Notes: generated from the sequence alone by a model not told the origin. 64,000 nucleotides of DNA from Longimicrobiales bacterium (GCA_965238005.1 OZ250165.1:2080001-2144000); one strand, 5' to 3'; shown: positions 39,196-50,292, counted from the stretch's first letter. Program-made: numbers and translations.

Positions 39196-40701
39196 TCACT
39201 CGACAAGGCTCGCCAGTGTACCGTCACGTATCAGGTCTCTCACAGCCTCGAAGTCGCCTGACAGAGAGCGGTCGCCGTCGAGGCGCGCGACATGCTCACG
39301 GATCAAAGCGTGTGCCCTTTCTACTCCGTCCCCCGCCTTCAAGGGCCGGTGGTATTCGATCGCCTCGGCCGCCGCCACCAGCTCGATGGCCAGGACGTAC
39401 TCCAGACAGTCCACGATCCGTCGTGCTTTGCGGGCCGCGGCCAATCCCATCGAAACGTGGTCCTCCTGGCTAGCGCTGGTGGGCACCGAGTCCACACTGG
39501 CGGGATGAGAGAGCACTCGCATCTCGGCCAGCAGATCCACGGCCGTCACCTGGGCGATCATGAACCCGGACTGGAGGCCCGGCTCCCGTGCCAGGAAAGC
39601 CGGTAGACCCGAGAGATCCGGGTTGAGAAGCCGCTCGGTTCGTCGCTCACTGATGGCCGCCAGGTCCGTCACAGCCATGCACAGGAGATCGAGAGCCTGG
39701 GAGACGATCTGCGCATGGAAGTTACCGGCGCTCACCACGGCCCGGGCCTCGGGGAAAACCAACGGGTTGTCGGTGGCGCTGTTGGCCTCGGTGGTCAGAA
39801 TCTCCCGCACGTAGCCGAGGGAGCTCCGGGCGGCCCCATGGACCTGCGGCATGCAGCGCAGGCAGTAGGCGTCCTGAACCCGGGGATCACCGTGCCGATG
39901 CGACTCGCGGATCTCCGAGTCGGCAAGCAGCGCCCGGAGGCGGCGGGCCGACTCGATCTGGCCCGGATGGGGCCGGGCCTCCTGCACCTCGGCTCGAAAC
40001 GCCTCGGGAGTCCCCTTCAGCCCCTCGAGGCTCATGCAGCCGGCGACTTCAGCCACGTTCAGGGCCCGCTGCGCCGTGAGCAGGGCCAGAATCCCGAGGC
40101 CCGTGGTGGCCTGGGTCCCGTTGATGAGGGCCAGGCCCTCCTTTTCGCACAGCTCGACGGCGTCGAGGCCGAGCTCGGCCAGCACCTCTCCGGTGTCCCG
40201 AATCCGGTCCCGGTACTCGACCTTGCCCTCTCCGATCAGGGCCAGGGCGATGTGGGCCAGGGGTGCCAGATCCCCGCTGGCGCCCACCGATCCGAACCGT
40301 GGCACCACGGGGTGGACGGCCCGGTTCAGAAGCTCCAACAGCAGGTCGATGACCTCCTCGCGGCAACCCGAGTTGCCGCGGGCAAGGGCGTTGGCCCTGA
40401 GGATGATGATTGCACGCACCTCTTCGGTGGCCATCGTCTCGCCCACCCCGGACGAGTGGCTACGCACCAGATTCCGCTGGAGCTGCCCCTGCTGATCGGG
40501 TGAGATGACGACCTCGGCCAGACGCCCGAATCCAGTCGTAACCCCGTAGATGCGCTCTCCGCTCTCGAGGAGCTCCTCGACGAAGTCCCGGGCTTGGCGC
40601 ACCCGGGATCGGGCCGCCTCCGCCAGGGATACCGGCACCCGCCCGACAGCTGCTTCCTCCACGGTCTCCAATGGGAGGCCGTGGCCCGTGAGCTCGATCA
40701 T
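39196..40701 (-). CDS. hutH: Histidine ammonia-lyase
   Basis: [20 protein letters not shown] (MIO), VQDAYCLRC and QEDHVSMG motifs. Confidence 0.97.
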   Translation of the reverse strand: MIELTGHGLPLETVEEAAVGRVPVSLAEAARSRVRQARDFVEELLESGERIYGVTTGFGRLAEVVISPDQQGQLQRNLVRSHSSGVGETMATEEVRAIIILRANALARGNSGCREEVIDLLLELLNRAVHPVVPRFGSVGASGDLAPLAHIALALIGEGKVEYRDRIRDTGEVLAELGLDAVELCEKEGLALINGTQATTGLGILALLTAQRALNVAEVAGCMSLEGLKGTPEAFRAEVQEARPHPGQIESARRLRALLADSEIRESHRHGDPRVQDAYCLRCMPQVHGAARSSLGYVREILTTEANSATDNPLVFPEARAVVSAGNFHAQIVSQALDLLCMAVTDLAAISERRTERLLNPDLSGLPAFLAREPGLQSGFMIAQVTAVDLLAEMRVLSHPASVDSVPTSASQEDHVSMGLAAARKARRIVDCLEYVLAIELVAAAEAIEYHRPLKAGDGVERAHALIREHVARLDGDRSLSGDFEAVRDLIRDGTLASLVE

Positions 40702-40774
40702 CGCACTCCTCGCACACTCGCGGGCCTCCGGACCATCCCTCCCCGGCGCAGCGGGGCGGGTCCCCACCTCCGGA

Positions 40775-41374
40775 TCATTCGCTGGCCCTTCGCTGCTCTT
40801 CGAATTCGGCCCTGGTGAGGGTGTAGTCTTCTTCCCGCCAATTGGCCTCCAGTTCGACGCCCAGTCCGTCGGCCAGGCGGTTGACGTAGTTGTAGTAGCA
40901 GACCACCTGACAGATATCGAGAATGGCGGCTTCGTCGAATCCCACCTCGCGGAGGCGTTCGACATCCCCTTCGCCCACCTTCCACGGCGTCAGGGTCAAC
41001 TTCATCGCGTAGTCGAGCATCGCCCGGTCCTCGACTTCCAGATCGGCCTCCCGATGGTCGCGAGCGAGAGCCCTCGACAGCTCGGGGTCTTTCGTGAGCC
41101 TACGGAGTCCCGCTCCGTGATGGTTGATTCAGTAGAAGCACTCGTTCACCGCCGAGACCGTCACGGCGATCATCTCCCGCTGCGCCCGGCTCAGCGGCGA
41201 CGGTCCCCGCATGAGGTTGTCATAGAGCCGTACGTGGTGCTCCATGGAGGGCGGATTCAGGGAGTGGATCCGGATGATATTGTCTACGTTCATCTCCGGG
41301 CCACCGTATCGCCGATACAGCTCGGCGAGGGAGCCCTGCGCCTCTTCGTACGGCACGTAGGGGATGTGCGCCAA
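40775..41374 (-). CDS. AhpD/CMD-like peroxidase-related enzyme, probable selenoprotein (UGA at 41129-41131 read as Sec)
   Basis: ORFs 41129-41440 and 40775-41020 are in the same frame, separated only by the TGA in N-E-C-F-Y-U-I-N-H-H. A SECIS-like hairpin follows. Confidence 0.85.
41102..41118 (-). promoter_or_regulatory. Putative bacterial SECIS hairpin
   Basis: mRNA reads UGA-AUCAACCAUC-ACGGAG-CGGGA-CUCCGU: a 6-bp stem with a G-containing loop starting 16 nt after the UGA. Confidence 0.7.
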
Positions 41375-41390
41375 TGCTCGGTGCCTTGCT

Positions 41391-41749
41391 CTAGAGGCCT
41401 GTTGAAGAAGTGGGGCGAGCCGCGTTAGGAGCGCCGACAAGCGCTAGGGCGCTTGTTACCGGCCAGATCCTAGGCGGTGCCCCGAAGGCATAGCAATAGC
41501 TACGTCGAGGGGCGCCAACAACGGAGATGGCCCCGTGCCGCCCTAACCCGAAGGGCGAAGGGGGGTTGCGGGCCCATAGCGCGTCTCTCTTCCTCGCCGT
41601 AGCCATGCTACGCCTCGTCATCGTTCGTTCTTCGCCTTCGGCTCAGGTGTCGCGGGTCCGCGACGTTCTCTGGTCACCGCAAGACCGGGGTACCCGCGCC
41701 GAAGGCGTGGGTCGCGCGGCCGCACCCCACTTCTTCAACAGGCCTCGAG
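41391..41749. mobile_element. ~355 bp MITE-like element
   Basis: Perfect 22-bp IRs gaggcctgttgaagaagtgggg (41394-41415) / ccccacttcttcaacaggcctc (41725-41746); ctag/cgag flanks; multiple internal hairpins. Confidence 0.85.
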
Positions 41750-41763
41750 CGTCTGCTCGTGAT

Positions 41764-41802
41764 CTGGTGTTCCGTTACCAAAGTCTCGGCAACGGAACAC
41801 TC
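41764..41802. repeat. Minimal (ends-only) copy of the 16163 MITE family
   Basis: gtgttccgttaccaaagtctcggcaacggaacac hairpin, matching the 16166 end. Confidence 0.65.
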
Positions 41803-41961
41803 GAAGTGCGGAAACATGCCCCGGTCATCGCGGAGGGGCAATGAAACCCCGGCGCATGACCTACACGCAGCGAACGTCCTTGCTTTTCGGCGGATCCGGG
41901 GGGCAGATTTACGCGGCACTGACCAGGATCGCCCCGCCCGTCCCCCTGCTCCCACGAGATC

Positions 41962-43053
41962 TTGAACGTATACGACGTCTCGCCCATCGAACTGGATGAG
42001 GATCTGCGACAGCTGAGGCTCCGCCTGGGCTCCGCCGCACTGTTCATCCTCGCCGTCATGCTCGTGGGGATCGTCGGATATCGCGTCATCGACCCGGGCG
42101 TCGGCTGGGTGGATGCCTTCTACATGACGGCCATCACCCTCACCACGGTGGGGTTCGGTGAGATCGTGGACATGACGGCCCGTCCCGGCGGGCGGATCTT
42201 CACGGTCTTGCTCATTCTCGTGGGGATGGGCGGCGTGCTCTATCTTGTCACAACCGCGACGGCCCTCATTGTCGAGGGACAGATCGGGCACGTCTTCAGG
42301 AGACGGAAGTTGGAGAAGACCATCGGCAACATGTCGGGGCACTTGATCGTGTGCGGCGCAGGAGGTACGGCTGCCTACACAACCAGAGAGCTCCTGTCGG
42401 TCCGGAGACAGGTCGTGCTGATCTGCGAGAAGCGCGACCAGGTCGACTACCTGCGAGGCGAGATCGGAGACACCCCGCTCATCGTCGGTGATCCCGCTTC
42501 AGACGAAGTGCTGCTCGCGGCCGGAGTGGAGAGGGCCGCGGGGATCGTGGCGTGCACCGACAACGACAAGGAAAACGTCGTGATCACCCTGAGCGCCCGC
42601 CAGCTGAACCCGACGATCCGCATCGTCTCGCGCATCACCGACATCCACTCCGAGGACAAGATCCGACGGGTTGGAGCGGACGCGGTGGTATCGCCCACCT
42701 ACATCGGAGGCCTGCGCCTGGCTTCGGAGCTCATTCGGCCCACGGTGGTGAACTTGCTGGACGTCATGCTCCGTGATCGTGACGCCAACCTGCGCATCGA
42801 CGAGATCACGATTCCGGAGTCGTCTCCGGCTGCGGGCAAGCGGGTTCGTGAGCTGGGGCTCGACAAGATGTCCAATGCACTGCTCATGGCCGTGCGGAGC
42901 CCCTCGGGCCAATGGCACTACAACCCGGGCGAGGACCAGGAGGTGACCGCCGGGACCGTGCTCATCTTCCTCGGGTCGCCAGAGGACATGAGGGGTCTGT
43001 GCGATCAGCTTGGCGGTGTGGTCGTCTCCAAGCCCGCGGCGGCAGGAGCGTAG
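41962..43053 (+). CDS. 2-TM potassium channel with RCK (TrkA-N/TrkA-C) domains
   Basis: TLTTVGFGE selectivity filter; HLIVCGAG; GADAVVSP. Confidence 0.92.
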   Translation: MNVYDVSPIELDEDLRQLRLRLGSAALFILAVMLVGIVGYRVIDPGVGWVDAFYMTAITLTTVGFGEIVDMTARPGGRIFTVLLILVGMGGVLYLVTTATALIVEGQIGHVFRRRKLEKTIGNMSGHLIVCGAGGTAAYTTRELLSVRRQVVLICEKRDQVDYLRGEIGDTPLIVGDPASDEVLLAAGVERAAGIVACTDNDKENVVITLSARQLNPTIRIVSRITDIHSEDKIRRVGADAVVSPTYIGGLRLASELIRPTVVNLLDVMLRDRDANLRIDEITIPESSPAAGKRVRELGLDKMSNALLMAVRSPSGQWHYNPGEDQEVTAGTVLIFLGSPEDMRGLCDQLGGVVVSKPAAAGA

Positions 43054-43054
43054 C

Positions 43055-45598
43055 GTGGAGGAATCCGGCCATCACGTAATCGAAATCGTCGGCGCCACCG
43101 TCGGTCTCCTGCTCGTCGCGGCCGGCGTGATGGCGATCTCGAAGCGCCTCAAAGTCCCGTTCACGGTGGCGCTGGTGGTCACGGGGATCGCTTTGGCCCA
43201 GCTCGCCCACTTCGGTGGGGCGGTTCTCGAGCCCATCGCCAACCTGCGGATCGCCCCGGAGATCGCGTTTTTCGTCTTCTTGCCCACGCTGATCTTCGAA
43301 TCGGCCTTCAACCTCGAGGCGCGGGCGCTCCGTGAGAACCTCACGGCGGTCCTGACCCTAGCCGTTCCCGGCCTCCTCATCTCCACCGGTCTCATCGCGG
43401 CCATCGTGGTGGCGGCCACGCCATTCGGCTGGCTCGAGGCGCTACTCCTGGGGTCGATCCTGAGCGCCACCGATCCCGTGTCGGTGATCTCGCTCTTCCG
43501 CCAGCTCGGGGCACCCAAGAGGCTCACGATCCTCGTGGAGGGCGAAAGCCTCTTCAACGACGCCACGGCCATCGTGCTATCGAGAATTCTGACGGGCATC
43601 CTGCTCGCCGGCGTGATCACCAAGGAGGCCGTGGTCTTCGGGGGCGTCCAGTTCCTGTTCGTGTTCTTCGGTGGCCTGATGGTCGGGTGGGCAGCCGCTC
43701 TCCTGGTGGGGATGATCCTGGGCCGCGTGGAAGCAGACACCTTCATCGAGGTGACGCTCACCACCGTCTTGGCCTACGTGTCCTTCCTCCTGGCGGAGGA
43801 GGTGCTCCACCTGAGCGGGGTGATGGCGACCGTCATGGCCGGCATGCTCATCGGAGGATGGGGGAAGGCCAAGATCTCGCCGTCCGTGGTGGGCTACCTG
43901 GAGCGCTTCTGGGAATACATGGCCATGGTGGCCAACGCCCTCATCTTCCTCATGGTCGGCCTCGCCGTCGACCTGGGGGCTCTGGCGAATAGCGCCCCGC
44001 TCCTGATCGTCGTCGTCCTGGCCATGCTCGTCTCCAGGTCGATCGTGATCTTCGGGCTGGTCCCGGGTATCGGCCGCCTCCCGGGCTCGGACCCCATCGA
44101 TCGCGGTTATCAAACCGTCATGTTCTGGGGCGGCCTGCGTGGCGCCGTGGCCCTGGCCATCGCGCTGAGCCTTCCGGATCTGGGGAGAGAGGTGCCGGGC
44201 TTCGGAGACCTGAATGAGGTCATCGTGGCGCTGGTTATGGGAGCCGTGCTCTTCACGCTCCTCGCCCAGGGGCTCACCGTCGAAGCCCTCGTCCGCAGGT
44301 TCGGGCTGCACGTCCCGCCGCTGTCGGACCGCGTCGCCAGGATCGAGGGCCTGCTCTCCGCGAAGCAGCGGACCCTGGAGCAGATCCCGGACCTCAAGAC
44401 GGGAGGGCTGTTCCCTCCCCGCATCACAGAGGGGGTCCGCTCCCGCTGTGAGGCGGGCATCGAGGAGATGAAGTCGGACCTGGACGAGCTCCGCCGGGAG
44501 GAACTCGACGTCGAGCAGGAGCGCAAGCTCCTCTACCTGCGCTCCTTCGGCGAAGAGAATACGATCTACTACTCGATGTTCTCCCGCGGACATCTCACGG
44601 AGCGGACCTACCGCAACCTCGCCCACTCCATCGAGCTGCAGACCGAGGGGATCCGCCACCAGGGACGCCTTCCCGAGTACACGCTCCACCCACCCACGGG
44701 TGAGACGATCGAGAACGTGGTCTACCGCTTCATGGACCACATCCCGGGCCTGGGGGCTTGGGCAGAGAGCATGAGGGCGGAGCGCACCGCCCGCGACTAC
44801 GAGATCGCATGGGCCCGGTCACGCGGCAGCCTCCAGGTGCTGGAAGAACTGGAGGCCCTCGGTGAGGCCGAGTCGGCCCGGCCCGAGATCGTGGATGACA
44901 TTCGGGCCTCGTACGAGTACTGGCGAGAAAACGCCCGTGGTCGACTCGATCAAAACGCCGAGCAGTTTCCGGAGTTCGTGCACTCCACCCAGGAGCGCCT
45001 GGCGGAGCGCATGGTGCTCCACGCCGAGCGAGAGGCCATCGAGGCGAAGGCTCACGCCGGGATCATCCCCGAGGGTGTGGCCGAGGTCATGCTGGAGGAG
45101 ATGGCCGTAGAGCTGCGCGAACTCCGGGCGAGCAAGGCCGGGAAGCTGGCCGTGGATCCGGAGGAGCTCCTGAAGAAGGTCCCCTTCTTCAGGGACACGC
45201 CGGAAGAGGAGTTCGCCATCGTGGCGTCGAAGCTGAGGCGCAGGACCGCGCCGGCGGGCGAAGTCATCGTCAAGCAGGGGGCGTCGGGTTCGTCCCTCTA
45301 TCTGGTGGCTCGGGGTGTCATCCGGGTATCCCGGCAGGACGGTGGCGTCACCAGGGACATGGCGACGCTGATGGCGGGCGACTTCTTTGGGGAGATGGCC
45401 CTTCTGCACGGCACTCCACGAACCGCAACATGCCGCGCCGTGACCCCGTGTGCTCTTTACGAGCTGCGACGGGATCACATGGACGCGGTTAGGGAGGCGT
45501 GTCCTCGCATCCAGCAGACGTTGGAGGAGGCCGACGAGCGTCGGCGCGCGGAGCTGAGGACGCCAAGCGACCCGGGGGAGTCGGACTCCGAGCACTGA
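43055..45598 (+). CDS. CPA1 Na+(K+)/H+ antiporter with C-terminal cyclic-nucleotide-binding domain
   Basis: FLPTLIFESA, SATDPVSV, EGESLFNDA and GGLRGAV motifs; CNBD motif GDFFGEMALL..PRTAT. Confidence 0.92.
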   Translation: MEESGHHVIEIVGATVGLLLVAAGVMAISKRLKVPFTVALVVTGIALAQLAHFGGAVLEPIANLRIAPEIAFFVFLPTLIFESAFNLEARALRENLTAVLTLAVPGLLISTGLIAAIVVAATPFGWLEALLLGSILSATDPVSVISLFRQLGAPKRLTILVEGESLFNDATAIVLSRILTGILLAGVITKEAVVFGGVQFLFVFFGGLMVGWAAALLVGMILGRVEADTFIEVTLTTVLAYVSFLLAEEVLHLSGVMATVMAGMLIGGWGKAKISPSVVGYLERFWEYMAMVANALIFLMVGLAVDLGALANSAPLLIVVVLAMLVSRSIVIFGLVPGIGRLPGSDPIDRGYQTVMFWGGLRGAVALAIALSLPDLGREVPGFGDLNEVIVALVMGAVLFTLLAQGLTVEALVRRFGLHVPPLSDRVARIEGLLSAKQRTLEQIPDLKTGGLFPPRITEGVRSRCEAGIEEMKSDLDELRREELDVEQERKLLYLRSFGEENTIYYSMFSRGHLTERTYRNLAHSIELQTEGIRHQGRLPEYTLHPPTGETIENVVYRFMDHIPGLGAWAESMRAERTARDYEIAWARSRGSLQVLEELEALGEAESARPEIVDDIRASYEYWRENARGRLDQNAEQFPEFVHSTQERLAERMVLHAEREAIEAKAHAGIIPEGVAEVMLEEMAVELRELRASKAGKLAVDPEELLKKVPFFRDTPEEEFAIVASKLRRRTAPAGEVIVKQGASGSSLYLVARGVIRVSRQDGGVTRDMATLMAGDFFGEMALLHGTPRTATCRAVTPCALYELRRDHMDAVREACPRIQQTLEEADERRRAELRTPSDPGESDSEH

Positions 45599-45766
45599 GA
45601 GAACCACTTGCGACGAGGGTGACCACCACGGATATTGCCCCGCTGATGACATGCCAGAATTTGCTGGACAGAACGCACAGACCCTGCCCATCTTTAATAC
45701 AGGAACGGTTTCGTGGCCTGGCGAAGGCCGTGGGTTCGTCGTCCCCCCAAGACAGGAACGAGATGG

Positions 45767-45994
45767 ATGGAAGTTCAGCAAGAGCGTCGGAAAACTAAAC
45801 GCCGAGGACCCGACCAGCGCAGCAGCGAACAGAGACGCATCGGCAAGGGGCGCCGCATCTGGAACCGTCGCATCGACGAGATTCCTGTTGAGGGCGACCA
45901 GCGTAAGGCCCTCCGCCGTATGGGCTCCGCCCGGCGCAACGGCGCGCTGCGCCGTTCGCACGCACGCCGAGACGGCGAACGGCGAATCGCGTAA
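45767..45994 (+). CDS. Small arginine-rich repeat protein
   Basis: 75-aa ORF with repeated ERR/xRR motifs, followed by a hairpin. Confidence 0.5.
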   Translation: MEVQQERRKTKRRGPDQRSSEQRRIGKGRRIWNRRIDEIPVEGDQRKALRRMGSARRNGALRRSHARRDGERRIA

Positions 45995-46019
45995 CGGCTC
46001 CGCTCGAAGCGCTTTTCGA

Positions 46020-46051
46020 AAGGCCTCCCGGTTAGCTCCCCGGGGGGCCTT
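46020..46051. terminator. Stem-loop between convergent genes
   Basis: aaggcctcccgg-N8-ccggggggcctt. Confidence 0.5.
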
Positions 46052-46102
46052 CTCGTATCCGGGAACCGCGGGTCGGCCTTCCCCGTTAGGCCCCTCCCGG
46101 GA

Positions 46103-47731
46103 TCAGGGTGTCCTCGGGATCAGAACCTTGCCGTCGAGATCGTCCGGCGTCGGGATTCCCGCCAGGGCAGCCAGAGTGGGCGCCACATCCACGGTGGCAA
46201 CCGGCCTGTCGGACCAGCCGGCCTCGACGCCGGCCCCATAGAAGATCAGCGGCACCCATCGGTCGAAGTAGTACGGGGAGCGATGACTGGAGCCGACGCG
46301 GCGTGTCAGCCAGGCGGGAGAGACCAACGAGTGCGGCTCCCACTGGATGTAGGCACCGAATCGGGCGAGCTCGTTCACGGGGCGGTCCCGCACATGGGAG
46401 TTGGCGAAGAACCGGGCGAACGAGTCGGCTGGCTGATCCACCTCGAGCTCACTGAGGGTGAACACCCGGCGAATCTCCGGAAGCGGCTCGAGCGCTTCCG
46501 CGATCCGTGCAGAGACATCGCCGGAATTCCCTGAAGCACCCAGCGCTTGCTGGGCGATCCGCAGGACCTCGCGGACGTCCGCGACGCCGAGGCGGGTCAC
46601 CGGCTCGTCGAGGAGCTCGGGAATGTCGGACGCGCCATGGTCGCCGGAGAGGGCCATGACCCAACCGCCCTCCCCCACCTCCTCGTCCAGGAAGCTCATG
46701 AGCTCGTCGAGTATCCCGTCGAGCCGAATCAGGTTGTCCAGCTGCTCCCGGCTGCGCGGGCCATAGGCGTGACCCACAGCGTCGGCCTGCGAGAACGACA
46801 GGGCCAGAAAGTCCACCTCACGGCGCTGGCCAAGGCGGCGCTCATCGATGGCCTCCATGGCCATATGGAGGACGGCCTTGTCGGGCAGGGGTGTCCCGTA
46901 GCGCCAACTGTTCAGACCCCGTTCATCCGCCCTCCTCACCTCCCCTCGGGCGATGTGCGGAAAGAAGCTGTGGCCGGCGGCACCCTCGAATTCCGAGGTG
47001 TCGGGTCGTGAGAGATGGAGGAACTCTTCGGGAATCCGGCTTTCCCAGATCGTGTCCGAGTAGATCTCGGGGAGGACCCTTTCGTTGAAGCGCACGACCC
47101 ACCTCGGATAACGGTCCGCGTAGAACTTCGAGGTGGCGAACTTTCCGAACTCCTGGAGAAGCCAGTAGACCTCCGCTTTCGTCTTGCCGGCCAGGTTGAT
47201 GGCCGACACGGCCTTCCGCGAGATCGACACGATGCGAGCATCATCGTCGACCTCTTCGATCCAGTCGGCTAGTCCCCCACGGCCCAGGTTGGCCGAAGAT
47301 CGCCCCCCGTAGCCGTTGTACCCGAGGATCGGCGCTAGGGAATCCCCCACCGAGAAGACAGGATCCAGCGTGCCGTTGTCGATCGCATACCACTCGTTCG
47401 CAACGACACCGTGACGCGACGGGTGAACGCCCGTCGCCAGGGTCGCGTGACCCGGCGCGGTGGAGGTCACCGCATGGTCATGAGTCGCCCGTGTGAACCG
47501 GAATCCCTCGTCGAGAAGCTTCCGTAGTCCGCCGCTGAACGCTTCCGAGTACCTCGGGAGCAGGTCGCCACGGAGCTGATCCACGACCACCAGGACCACC
47601 AGCTTGGGGGTCGCCTGGGGCTCCAGGGAGGGTTCGGCTCCTCGATGCGCGGCTCCCGTGGCGCCCCCCATGACGAGGGCAACCACCAACGCGAACGACG
47701 CTACGTATCTCTTGGACCCCGTTATTCTCAC
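46103..47731 (-). CDS. Alkaline phosphatase family protein (PafA/PhoK-like)
   Basis: VVVDQLRGD, TSTAPGHATLATG (Thr nucleophile), D.VGHAYGP.S.E and SGDHG motifs. Confidence 0.9.
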   Translation of the reverse strand: MRITGSKRYVASFALVVALVMGGATGAAHRGAEPSLEPQATPKLVVLVVVDQLRGDLLPRYSEAFSGGLRKLLDEGFRFTRATHDHAVTSTAPGHATLATGVHPSRHGVVANEWYAIDNGTLDPVFSVGDSLAPILGYNGYGGRSSANLGRGGLADWIEEVDDDARIVSISRKAVSAINLAGKTKAEVYWLLQEFGKFATSKFYADRYPRWVVRFNERVLPEIYSDTIWESRIPEEFLHLSRPDTSEFEGAAGHSFFPHIARGEVRRADERGLNSWRYGTPLPDKAVLHMAMEAIDERRLGQRREVDFLALSFSQADAVGHAYGPRSREQLDNLIRLDGILDELMSFLDEEVGEGGWVMALSGDHGASDIPELLDEPVTRLGVADVREVLRIAQQALGASGNSGDVSARIAEALEPLPEIRRVFTLSELEVDQPADSFARFFANSHVRDRPVNELARFGAYIQWEPHSLVSPAWLTRRVGSSHRSPYYFDRWVPLIFYGAGVEAGWSDRPVATVDVAPTLAALAGIPTPDDLDGKVLIPRTP

Positions 47732-47905
47732 GAACCCTCCGGACAGGTACCGCTATGGCAACTCATTTCCCGACGCCCCACCCAATACCCTGTGAACCCA
47801 TCAGTCATACCGGGGTTAGACTTCCTGGATCCACATACCTGGAAACGACCCACGCTTCTTCCGCATGAGCCCGGGCGCCGGGACGGGCCCGTCCGATGAT
47901 GCTCC

Positions 47906-50272
47906 ATGACCGAAGACAACGACCGATCCCTTCCCAGCCCCGGCCGGGATTTCATCCGCGCCATCATCGCCGAAGACGTGGAGTCGGGCAGGCACGGAGG
48001 CAAGGTGGTTACCCGCTTCCCTCCGGAGCCCAACGGGTTCCTGCACATCGGACACGCCAAGTCGATCTGCCTCAACTTCGGCGCCGCCGCCGAGCACGGG
48101 GGCATCACGCATCTTCGCTTCGACGACACGAACCCCGAGACCGAGGACGAGCTGTACGTTCGCTCCATCCAGGACGATGTCCACTGGTTGGGGTTCGACT
48201 GGGGTGAGCACCTCTACTTCGCGTCGGATTACTTCGAGCGCCTCTACGAATACGCGAGGGAGCTGATTCGGGCGGGTCAGGCGTATGTGGACAGCTCGAG
48301 CGAAGAAGAAATCCGGGAGCATCGGGGCACCGTGAGTGAGTCGGGAAGGGAGACCCCCTTCAGAGATCGATCGGTAGAGGAGAACCTGGATCTCTTCGAG
48401 CGCGTGCGTGCGGGAGAGTTCGAGGGCGGCGAGCACGTGCTCCGGGCCCGAATCGACATGGCATCGAACAACATGCTCATGCGTGATCCTGTCCTCTACC
48501 GAATCCGGCACGCGGACCATTATCGCACCGGTGACGACTGGTGCATCTATCCCCTCTACGATTTCACGCACTGTCTCTCCGATTCGATCGAGGGCGTCAC
48601 CCACTCGGTATGCACCCTGGAGTTCGAGAACAACCGGGAGCTCTACGACTGGGTTCTGGACAACGTGGACGTGCCCCGTCCCCAGCCCAGGCAGTACGAG
48701 TTCGCGCGGTTGAACCTGGAGTACACGGTGCTGAGCAAGCGGAAACTCCTCCGGCTGGTCAACGATGGACACGTGACGGGGTGGGACGATCCGCGGATGC
48801 CTACCCTCGCCGGAATGCGCCGGAGGGGGGTGCCCCCCAAGGCTCTTCGCACCTTCTGCGACATGATCGGGGTGGCGAAGACCGAGAACCGGGTGGACAT
48901 CGGGAAGCTCGAGTACGCCATTCGAGGCGAGCTCAACCACGAGGCACCTCGGGTCATGTGCGTACTGCGCCCCCTCAAGGTCGTCATCGTGAACTACCCG
49001 GAGGGGGAGGTCGAGGAGCTGGACGCCCCGTATTTCCCAAAGGACGTGGGCAAAGAAGGATCCCGCACGATTCCCTTCACTCGGGAGCTGTACATCGAGG
49101 AGAGCGACTTCGAGGAGGATCCGCCGACGGGATTCAAGCGATTGATTCCGGGCGAGGAAGTGCGCCTGCGCTACGGCTTCGTAGTCCGTTGCGTCGATTT
49201 CGTGAAGGACGCCGCCGGGAACGTCGTGGAGGTTCACTGCAAATACGATCCCGAGACCCGAGGCGGTACCACGCCTGACGCCCGCAAGGTGAAGGGGACG
49301 ATCCACTGGGTCTCGGCCACACAGTCGCTGCCCGTGGAGGTGCGGCTCTACGACCGCCTCTTCGTGAACCCCGACCCCGACGATGTGGACGAGGGCGAGG
49401 ACTTCACGGTGAACCTCAATCCCGACTCACTTGTCGTGCTCACCGAGAGCCGGATCGAGCCCAGTGTGGCCGCAGACCCTCCGGAACGCGCGTACCAGTT
49501 CGAGCGGACGGGCTACTTCGTGGGTGACCGGGTGGACTCGAAGCCGGAGAGGCTGGTCTTCAATCGCACCGTAACCCTCCGTGACAGTTGGGCGAAGGCC
49601 CGGGAAGCGTCGGCGATGGGCGCGGGGACGGAAGCTGAAACACGTACGGAATCCCGAGCCGAGTCCGGGCAGCCCCAGCGGACGGAGCCGTCGCCGGCAC
49701 CCCCACCCCGGCCCGCACGCCCTGAGGACCCCGAGGCCGAAGCGGTCTACTACAAGCTGGTAGCGGAATCAGGCCTGTCCGAGGCCGAGGCGTCCGTCGT
49801 GGCGCAGGACGCCGAGCTCCTGACCCTCTTCCGGACGGCGTCCGAGCACACCGGTGACTCCGTGGCTCTGGCCAAGTGGGTCGTCAACGAGGTGCCGCGC
49901 GTTCGGGAAGGTCGCCCGGTGGCCGACCTACCCTTCGGCGGGGCCGAGTTGGGCCGGCTGGTGGAGCTCGTCTCGAGCGGCGCCGTCTCCGGCCGAGCCG
50001 CCAAGGAGGTCCTGGCCGTCATCGCCACCGAGGGCGGTGATCCCGACTCGGTGATCGAAGAGAGGGGTCTGGCCCAGGTGAGCGACGCCTCGGCGCTGGA
50101 GCCGGTGGTTGCGGGCGTGGTGGAGCGGAATCCAGACAAGGTCGAGGCGTACCGGAACGGCAAAACCGGCCTCCTCGGGTTCTTCGTCGGGCAGGTGATG
50201 AGCGAGACGAAGGGCGCCGCCGACCCGGCGCTCACACAGCGCTTGCTGCGCGACACACTGGACAGGAGCTGA
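47906..50272 (+). CDS. glnS: Glutamine--tRNA ligase with C-terminal YqeY/GatB domain
   Basis: [29 protein letters not shown] and [10 protein letters not shown]-terminal [12 protein letters not shown]. Confidence 0.97.
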   Translation: MTEDNDRSLPSPGRDFIRAIIAEDVESGRHGGKVVTRFPPEPNGFLHIGHAKSICLNFGAAAEHGGITHLRFDDTNPETEDELYVRSIQDDVHWLGFDWGEHLYFASDYFERLYEYARELIRAGQAYVDSSSEEEIREHRGTVSESGRETPFRDRSVEENLDLFERVRAGEFEGGEHVLRARIDMASNNMLMRDPVLYRIRHADHYRTGDDWCIYPLYDFTHCLSDSIEGVTHSVCTLEFENNRELYDWVLDNVDVPRPQPRQYEFARLNLEYTVLSKRKLLRLVNDGHVTGWDDPRMPTLAGMRRRGVPPKALRTFCDMIGVAKTENRVDIGKLEYAIRGELNHEAPRVMCVLRPLKVVIVNYPEGEVEELDAPYFPKDVGKEGSRTIPFTRELYIEESDFEEDPPTGFKRLIPGEEVRLRYGFVVRCVDFVKDAAGNVVEVHCKYDPETRGGTTPDARKVKGTIHWVSATQSLPVEVRLYDRLFVNPDPDDVDEGEDFTVNLNPDSLVVLTESRIEPSVAADPPERAYQFERTGYFVGDRVDSKPERLVFNRTVTLRDSWAKAREASAMGAGTEAETRTESRAESGQPQRTEPSPAPPPRPARPEDPEAEAVYYKLVAESGLSEAEASVVAQDAELLTLFRTASEHTGDSVALAKWVVNEVPRVREGRPVADLPFGGAELGRLVELVSSGAVSGRAAKEVLAVIATEGGDPDSVIEERGLAQVSDASALEPVVAGVVERNPDKVEAYRNGKTGLLGFFVGQVMSETKGAADPALTQRLLRDTLDRS

Positions 50273-50292
50273 GCGGCGCGCGGGCTTCGACT

